From NCBI GenBank assembly GCA_965209055.1, contig OZ242374.1, forward strand, positions 5,792,001 to 5,856,000: a stretch of DNA of 64,000 bases. Direction: 5' to 3'. The position numbers and the translations under genes are program-made. The notes below the pieces were generated by a model. The model searched no databases. It was not told the DNA's origin and saw only the letters and a program-made list of their open reading frames with translations. The DNA is from Acidobacteriota bacterium (lineage in GTDB: Bacteria > Acidobacteriota > UBA6911 > RPQK01 > JAJDTT01). Below are positions 58,586 to 64,000 of this stretch, in pieces. How positions within the stretch are numbered: the first letter of the stretch is position 1; each line of letters starts with the position of its first letter.

Positions 58586-59905
58586 GTGAGTGTAGAAACC
58601 AGGGACAGCCGCCGCCGCTTCAGCCGGCTGCTGGCGGGCATTCTGGCATTCGGCTGCCTTGGCGCCTCCCCCAACTCCCTGCGCATTGCCCGGCCGGAGG
58701 AATCCGCAAATCCCGGCTCGGCCGCGGACCAGTTGCGCCGATCCACCGAAACGGTCCTGGCCAGAGTCAGCGCGATTCGCAACCTTCCCGCCACAGGCTC
58801 CGTCGACGTCGGGCTCCGAAGCCGCAACGAGATTCGCCGCTACGTCCTCGCCCGAATGGCTGAAGAGTATCCGCCCGAGGAACTCGATCTCGACCGGCGC
58901 CTTCTGGTGAAGCTGGCCCTGATACCGGAGTCTCTGGACTATCGCAGGACCCTGGTGCGACTGCTCACCGAACAGGTGGCCGGTTACTACGACCCCAAGG
59001 CCCGGACCCTGCATGTCGCCGACTGGGTGCCGGTCCAGGAACAGCTCCCGGTGATGGCCCATGAGCTGGCCCATGCGCTCCAAGATCAGCACTTCGATCT
59101 GGACAAGCTGCTGGAGGGCGTCGAAGGGAACGAAGACACCACCCAAGCCCATGTCGCCGTGGTGGAGGGAGAGGGCCTGGGACTCATGTTGGAATACGTT
59201 CTGGAACCCGCGGGAATGAGCTTCCTGGACATTCCGGACATCGTCCAGATGCAAAAGGACCAGATGGCGAACGCCAGCCAGAGCTATGACGTCTTTCGGA
59301 CGGTTCCCGCCTTTTTCCGGGAGGCGCTGCTCTTTCCCTACGTCCAGGGGGCGCGATTCCTTCAACACTACGTCAGGCGCCACGGTTGGCCGGGTGTGGA
59401 CCGGCTTTACGCCGACCTGCCCCGGTCCACGGAACAGATTCTCCATCCGGAAAAGTACGAGTCCCCGAAGGATGAACCGACTCCCGTGGAACCCCCGCCG
59501 CTTCCCGCCGGCCTCGGGGGGCGCTGGGAGCGGATCTACCGGAACGTCCTGGGAGAATTCATGTTCCGGCTGATCCTGGACCAGTTCCTGGAAGCGGATC
59601 CGGCCCGGGGCGCCGCCGCCGGCTGGGACGGCGACTCGGTCCAGCTTTTTGAGGGCGCCGAAGGAGAGTTGGCGCTTTGGATCCGTTCCGTCTGGGACAC
59701 CGAACAGGACGCCGCCGAGTTCGTCGAGGCCTACGAAGACCTCATCCGGCTCAAGTACGGTCCGGCCGGTCCGCGGGAGGACCCCGACGGGGCGGGGGCG
59801 CGCCGCCTCTGGAGAACGGAAACCGACGTCCTGATTCTGGAGCGGGCCGGTCTGCGTGTCGACCTGCTGGAAGCCACCTTGCAGGGTCCAAGCGGCCATC
59901 CGTGA
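58586..59905 (+). CDS. Secreted HExxH zinc-metallopeptidase-like protein
   Basis: AGYYDP, MAHELAHALQDQHF, VEGEG, STEQILHP, AAAGWDGD. Confidence 0.75.
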   Translation: MSVETRDSRRRFSRLLAGILAFGCLGASPNSLRIARPEESANPGSAADQLRRSTETVLARVSAIRNLPATGSVDVGLRSRNEIRRYVLARMAEEYPPEELDLDRRLLVKLALIPESLDYRRTLVRLLTEQVAGYYDPKARTLHVADWVPVQEQLPVMAHELAHALQDQHFDLDKLLEGVEGNEDTTQAHVAVVEGEGLGLMLEYVLEPAGMSFLDIPDIVQMQKDQMANASQSYDVFRTVPAFFREALLFPYVQGARFLQHYVRRHGWPGVDRLYADLPRSTEQILHPEKYESPKDEPTPVEPPPLPAGLGGRWERIYRNVLGEFMFRLILDQFLEADPARGAAAGWDGDSVQLFEGAEGELALWIRSVWDTEQDAAEFVEAYEDLIRLKYGPAGPREDPDGAGARRLWRTETDVLILERAGLRVDLLEATLQGPSGHP

Positions 59906-59917
59906 GCGGCCGCCGAT

Positions 59918-59963
59918 TTGACAGTGTGGGAGCCGGAGGATTAAGATTCGGTCATCGAATCTT
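59918..59963 (+). promoter_or_regulatory. Sigma70-like tatA promoter with overlapping inverted repeat
   Basis: TTGACA (59918) - 18 nt - TAAGAT (59942); AAGATTCG-N5-CGAATCTT at 59943-59963. Confidence 0.55.
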
Positions 59964-59992
59964 GATTTTGGATATCTGAGAGGTCACCGGCA

Positions 59993-60163
59993 ATGGGTGG
60001 TTTGGGTGTTTCGGAACTCGTCATCATTCTCATTATCGTGGTCGTGATCTTCGGCGCCAGCCGCCTTCCCCAACTGGGGAAAGGACTGGGTCAAGGAATC
60101 CGGAATTTCAAGGATTCCATAAGGGCCTCCCAGGAAAAAGGGATCGAGAAGAAAACGGAATAG
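59993..60163 (+). CDS. tatA: Twin-arginine translocase subunit TatA
   Basis: Not in the ORF track (56 aa): [40 protein letters not shown]. Confidence 0.95.
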   Translation: MGGLGVSELVIILIIVVVIFGASRLPQLGKGLGQGIRNFKDSIRASQEKGIEKKTE

Positions 60164-60215
60164 TCCCGGCGCCCGGTTCCGGAGCCGTCCCCCCTTTCGC
60201 GACCCGCATCCATTG

Positions 60216-60393
60216 GGAAGGGCGATTTCCAATCGCCCGTCTTTCTATTGCCGGTCCGCCCACGCTCCAAGATTCGGCGGTTTGGAAACCGCCGCCCCAA
60301 GGAGGGGCGATTTCCAATCGCCCGTCTTTCTTTCGCCGGTCCGCACACGCTCGAAGATTCGGCGGTTTGGAAACCGCCGCCCCAAAGAGGGGC
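60216..60393. repeat. Two tandem REP doublets (85-bp period) between convergent tatA and cutA
   Basis: Units start at 60216 and 60301; same hairpins as the array with a different linker; partial third start GAGGGGC. Confidence 0.92.
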
Positions 60394-60400
60394 TTCCGTT

Positions 60401-60718
60401 CTAACCGGTTTCGGCAACGACCCAGTCCAGATAGGGCCTGCTCCCCTCCTGAACCGGCCAACAGAGGATTTCCGGGACATCGTAGGGGTGGAGTTCCCCG
60501 ATCCGCTCCATTAATTCCCGCAGCCGGCCGTCCCGGGTCTTGATCACCAGCAGGAGTTCGGCGTCCTCCTCGATCCGGCCCTCCCACTTGTAAACCGAGG
60601 TCACGTTCTCGATAATATTCACGCAGGCGGCGAGACGGTCCTCAACCAGCCTCCGGGCCAGTCTTCGGGCGGCGTCGGCGCTGTCGATGGTGCAAAAGAC
60701 GATTCGGACCGGTGTCAT
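60401..60718 (-). CDS. cutA: Divalent-cation tolerance protein CutA
   Basis: LAACVNI, SVYKWEG, HPYDVPEI, YLDW; GAGGAGG RBS. Confidence 0.95.
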   Translation of the reverse strand: MTPVRIVFCTIDSADAARRLARRLVEDRLAACVNIIENVTSVYKWEGRIEEDAELLLVIKTRDGRLRELMERIGELHPYDVPEILCWPVQEGSRPYLDWVVAETG

Positions 60719-60731
60719 AGGTTCCTCCTCT

Positions 60732-61064
60732 ATGGCTATCAGTCGCAAGGCACGACGGGAAACCTTCTGGATCCTGCTCCTGGCGGCCTGCTTCTTCCTC
60801 ACCTACATCCTGATCTTCGCCGAAGGGGGCTACCTGGAGTTCCGCAAGGCCCGGGGCGAGTTGCAGCAACTCCTGATGGAAAACCAGGAGCTGCGCCAGC
60901 AGCAGCAACTCTACCGGGAGCAGATCCGGAAGCTGCGCGAAGACCCCGACGAAGTCGAACGCATCGCCCGGGACCGTCACGGCTACGCCAAGCCGGGCGA
61001 CATCATCGTCAACCTGCCCGGCCGGACCGATTCGCCTCCAGGCCGCGATCCAGGAAGTCGATAA
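60732..61064 (+). CDS. ftsB: Septum formation initiator FtsB/DivIC
   Basis: Single TM, coiled coil, DPDEVERIARDRHGYAKPGD motif. Confidence 0.85.
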   Translation: MAISRKARRETFWILLLAACFFLTYILIFAEGGYLEFRKARGELQQLLMENQELRQQQQLYREQIRKLREDPDEVERIARDRHGYAKPGDIIVNLPGRTDSPPGRDPGSR

Positions 61065-62973
61065 ACTCCTCCGGGTTCCGGGTCAACCCCGGAAAAGTGG
61101 CCACCACCTCGTTTTCCGGCGACAGCACCACGTAGAACGGAAGCGCGATGGTCCCGAAGCGCTCCTGCTCGAGACGCATGTTCTCGGCATGCTCCGGACC
61201 CGTGCCGTCGGTGTACAAACGGACCAGAAGATACTGGCGAAACCTCTCTTGAACCTGGGGCAGGGTAAAGACGTTCGCCTCCATCCAGCGGCAATTGGTG
61301 CAGGTGTAGCCGGTAAAATCGATGAAGACCGGCTTGCCCGACTCCCGCGCCCCGGCCAGACCGGACTCATAGTCGTCGATCCAATCCAGTTCTTCGCCGG
61401 CGCCTTGCCCAAGGGAACCCACGACGGACGCCGGATTCCCGTAGTCGCGAGGAGGCAGGAACGCGTCCAACTCTCCCAACGGGAACCCGATGAGTCCCCG
61501 GATCAGATGAATCGATATGGCGGCGAAGAAGACCGCGAAGAAAGCCCGCGAAACTCCGATGGATTCGGTCGCCTGTTCGTGGGGAAAGCGAAACCAGCCC
61601 AGGAGATAGAAAAGGATCATCACCGAAATGGCCAGCCAGATGGCGATGAGGCCCGGCCGGGTCAGGAGTTCCCACTGGTAGACCAGATCCACGTTGCTGA
61701 GGAACTTGAAGGCGAAGGCGACCTCCAGGAAACCCATGGTGATCTTGACCGAGTTCAGCCAGTTTCCGCTTCGGGGCAGCGATTTGAGCCAGGACGGGAA
61801 CAACGCCAACAGGAAGAAAGGCGAGGAGAAGACCACCGCAAAGGCAGTCACGCCCAATATCGACCAGAGCCAGTCCCCCTGAATGGCGGCGACCATCAGC
61901 GTTCCCACGAAGGGGACGGTGCAGGTGAAGGAGACCAGCGAAAACGTCAGAGCCATGAGCAGGATCCCGGCGATCCCCCCCGTGGCCGATGCCTTCCGGT
62001 CCAACGCGGTGGTCCAACTGGCGGGGAGACGAAGCTCCAGCACTTCGAACAGGCTCAGGGCGAAGGCGATGAAGATCGCGGCGATCAGGAGATTGATGCC
62101 CGGATTCGCCGCCAGGCGGTTGATGCCGCCCGATCCGAAGAGGAAAGTGAGGCCGAAGCCCAGCAGCGTAAAGGTCAGGATGATCCCCAGGGAATAGAGG
62201 GAGGCGTCGCGGAGAGCCTGGCCGCGGGTCACGGCCTGGCGCTTGGTGAAGTAGGAGACGGTGATGGGGATCATGGGGAAAACGCACGGCGTCAGGAGCG
62301 CCAGCGCTCCCATGCCCATGGCGAAGGCGATGTAGCCCAGCGTCTCCACCGGAATACCGCCCGAGTCTCCGGCGGGTGCCGGGGCACCCGAAGCGGCGCC
62401 GGGAGGCTCTTCCTGGACGGCCGGGGACGGAGCGGGCTCCGCTTCCTGGGTATCAGCCGGCGGACTCCCGGCGGGGGCCCGAGCCTCCGAAACCCGCACG
62501 GCGGCTTCGAAACCCTTGGTCTGGGGCGGCAGGCAGAGGGTATCGCTGCAGACCATGAAGCGAACCTTGACTCCGAGCGTCTCTGCACCCGGCCCGGTCG
62601 AGGAACGCACTCGGACCGGTACGCCAAAGTCCACCTGTTCCTCGAAGTACTCGGTATCGATATCGAAACTGGGATCGTAGGCGACGATGGGGGTCGGCTG
62701 GGTCACGGGACCGGCGGCCTCGAATCCCGACTCCTTCACGACGGTCACTGTGGTCTTGACCGGTGGAGGAGGCTGGTTGAGCGAGTAGATATGCCACCCC
62801 GGCGCCAACTCGGCGCGCAGCTTTGCCTCGAAGACCTCCCCGGCGGGAACCTCAGCCGAATCCACCAGCAGTTCGAACCGAACCTGGTCTTGAGCTTGTG
62901 CCGGCAGAATCAGGAGCATCCAGATCCAGCCGGCCCCACACACCCTCACAATCCGTCGAATCGCAATTTTCAC
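61009..62973 (-). CDS. dsbD: Thiol:disulfide interchange protein DsbD
   Basis: GWHIY and CSDTLC (alpha), LTPCVFPMIP and FTCTVP (beta), TGYTCTNC (gamma). GTG start overlaps the pyrC stop. Confidence 0.92.
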   Translation of the reverse strand: MKIAIRRIVRVCGAGWIWMLLILPAQAQDQVRFELLVDSAEVPAGEVFEAKLRAELAPGWHIYSLNQPPPPVKTTVTVVKESGFEAAGPVTQPTPIVAYDPSFDIDTEYFEEQVDFGVPVRVRSSTGPGAETLGVKVRFMVCSDTLCLPPQTKGFEAAVRVSEARAPAGSPPADTQEAEPAPSPAVQEEPPGAASGAPAPAGDSGGIPVETLGYIAFAMGMGALALLTPCVFPMIPITVSYFTKRQAVTRGQALRDASLYSLGIILTFTLLGFGLTFLFGSGGINRLAANPGINLLIAAIFIAFALSLFEVLELRLPASWTTALDRKASATGGIAGILLMALTFSLVSFTCTVPFVGTLMVAAIQGDWLWSILGVTAFAVVFSSPFFLLALFPSWLKSLPRSGNWLNSVKITMGFLEVAFAFKFLSNVDLVYQWELLTRPGLIAIWLAISVMILFYLLGWFRFPHEQATESIGVSRAFFAVFFAAISIHLIRGLIGFPLGELDAFLPPRDYGNPASVVGSLGQGAGEELDWIDDYESGLAGARESGKPVFIDFTGYTCTNCRWMEANVFTLPQVQERFRQYLLVRLYTDGTGPEHAENMRLEQERFGTIALPFYVVLSPENEVVATFPGLTRNPEEFIDFLDRGLEANRSGRAG

Positions 62974-64000
62974 GCTGACTCCTGCCGGTGGACGACCCGG
63001 CCGCCCACCACGGTGAGCACCGGCGCCCCGCGAAGCTCCCAGCCTCGGAACGGACAATTGCGTCCCTTGGACTTGAAGCGCGACGGATCCACCACCTGCC
63101 GGCGTTCCGGATCGATGACCGTCACGTCGGCGTCCGCACCCTCCGCCAAGGTCCCCTTCCCCAGTTTGAGGATCCGGCTGGGATTGAGACTGAAGAGCTC
63201 TACCAGCCTGGGGACCGGGACCACGCCGGCACAGACCAGATGCTCCCAGCAGAGCGGGATGGCCGTCTCCATGCCGATGACGCCGCTGGCCGCCGCCTCG
63301 AACGGCTCCTCCTTGTCCAACCGGGTGTGAGGCGCATGGTCGGTGGCCAGACAGTCGATGCTCCCGTCCGCCAGACCCTCCAACATGGCCTCGACATCGG
63401 CTCTTTCCCGCAGCGGAGGCATCATCTTGAAATCGGTGTCGAAGTCCTGGATGTCGTCGTCGGTCAGGGTGAAGTGATGGGGCAACACCTCGCAGGTGAC
63501 CCGGATTCCCTGCGCTTTGGCGGCCCTCACCTGGTCCAGGGACTCCCGCGTGGAAATGTGGAGAATGTGGACCCGAGCGGCCGTGATCCGGCTCAGGATG
63601 ATGTCGCGGACCACATGGAGCTCCTCGGCGGCGCGGCTCATCCCCCGCAGCCCCAGCCGGGTCGACGACTTCCCCTCGTTCATGCATCCGCCGGCGGCCA
63701 GGAACAGGTCCTCGCAGTGGTCCATCACCGGGATGTCGAAGATCCTGGCGTATTCCAGCGCCCGGCGCATCACCTGGCTGTTCTGCACCGGGCGTCCGTC
63801 GTCGGTGATGGCGACGATCCCCGCCGAGTGCATCTCCCCGATCTCCGCCAGTTGTTCGCCCCGGGAACCCAGGGTGATGGCGCCGGTGGGATAGACGTTC
63901 ACCAGGCCCGCTTCGGCGGCCCGCTCCAGGATGAACCGGGTGATGGCGGCGTTGTCGTTGACGGGAGTCGTATTGGGCATGCAGACGATGCTGGTGAAGC
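62970..64000 (-). CDS. pyrC: Dihydroorotase, partial; 5' end is outside the window
   Basis: MPNTTP, TDDG, HCED, HIST, ATDHAPH, SKGRNCPF. Confidence 0.95.
   Translation of the reverse strand, partial: FTSIVCMPNTTPVNDNAAITRFILERAAEAGLVNVYPTGAITLGSRGEQLAEIGEMHSAGIVAITDDGRPVQNSQVMRRALEYARIFDIPVMDHCEDLFLAAGGCMNEGKSSTRLGLRGMSRAAEELHVVRDIILSRITAARVHILHISTRESLDQVRAAKAQGIRVTCEVLPHHFTLTDDDIQDFDTDFKMMPPLRERADVEAMLEGLADGSIDCLATDHAPHTRLDKEEPFEAAASGVIGMETAIPLCWEHLVCAGVVPVPRLVELFSLNPSRILKLGKGTLAEGADADVTVIDPERRQVVDPSRFKSKGRNCPFRGWELRGAPVLTVVGGRVVHRQESA

Overview
GC-rich bacterial chromosomal segment. Gene content and protein styles (ArgS, M48 tail, small membrane proteins) fit an Acidobacteriota genome best, but this is inference and was not checked. 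Most of the window is housekeeping: pilD (partial), TolC, M48 protease, nnr, tsaE, minor pilins, menG, aroB, a thiS-thiG fusion, nuoJKLMN-greA, PBP1A, polyprenyl synthase, tatD, metG, larC, argS, the ffh-rpsP-khpA-rimM-trmD-rplS cluster, selB, tatA, cutA, ftsB, dsbD and pyrC (partial). An accessory block (about 24.0-35.6 kb) carries an amino-acid oxidase, a type III PKS plus methyltransferase, a BNR protein, a fragmented type I R-M locus, three toxin-antitoxin modules and an IS1634. The most notable signals are: (1) a dispersed GGAG-type REP-doublet family that forms a 13-14 copy 82-bp tandem array between divergent larC and argS and is also inserted in frame inside argS; (2) a second, MITE-like family with copies flanking selB; (3) a four-gene AP-superfamily / SDR / prenol kinase-DUF92 fusion / UbiA prenyltransferase operon that may encode an uncharacterised prenyl-lipid pathway; (4) ftsB nested antisense between dsbD and cutA. 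No rRNA, tRNA or CRISPR array was recognised. All calls are by eye from sequence and motif recall; no searches were run.
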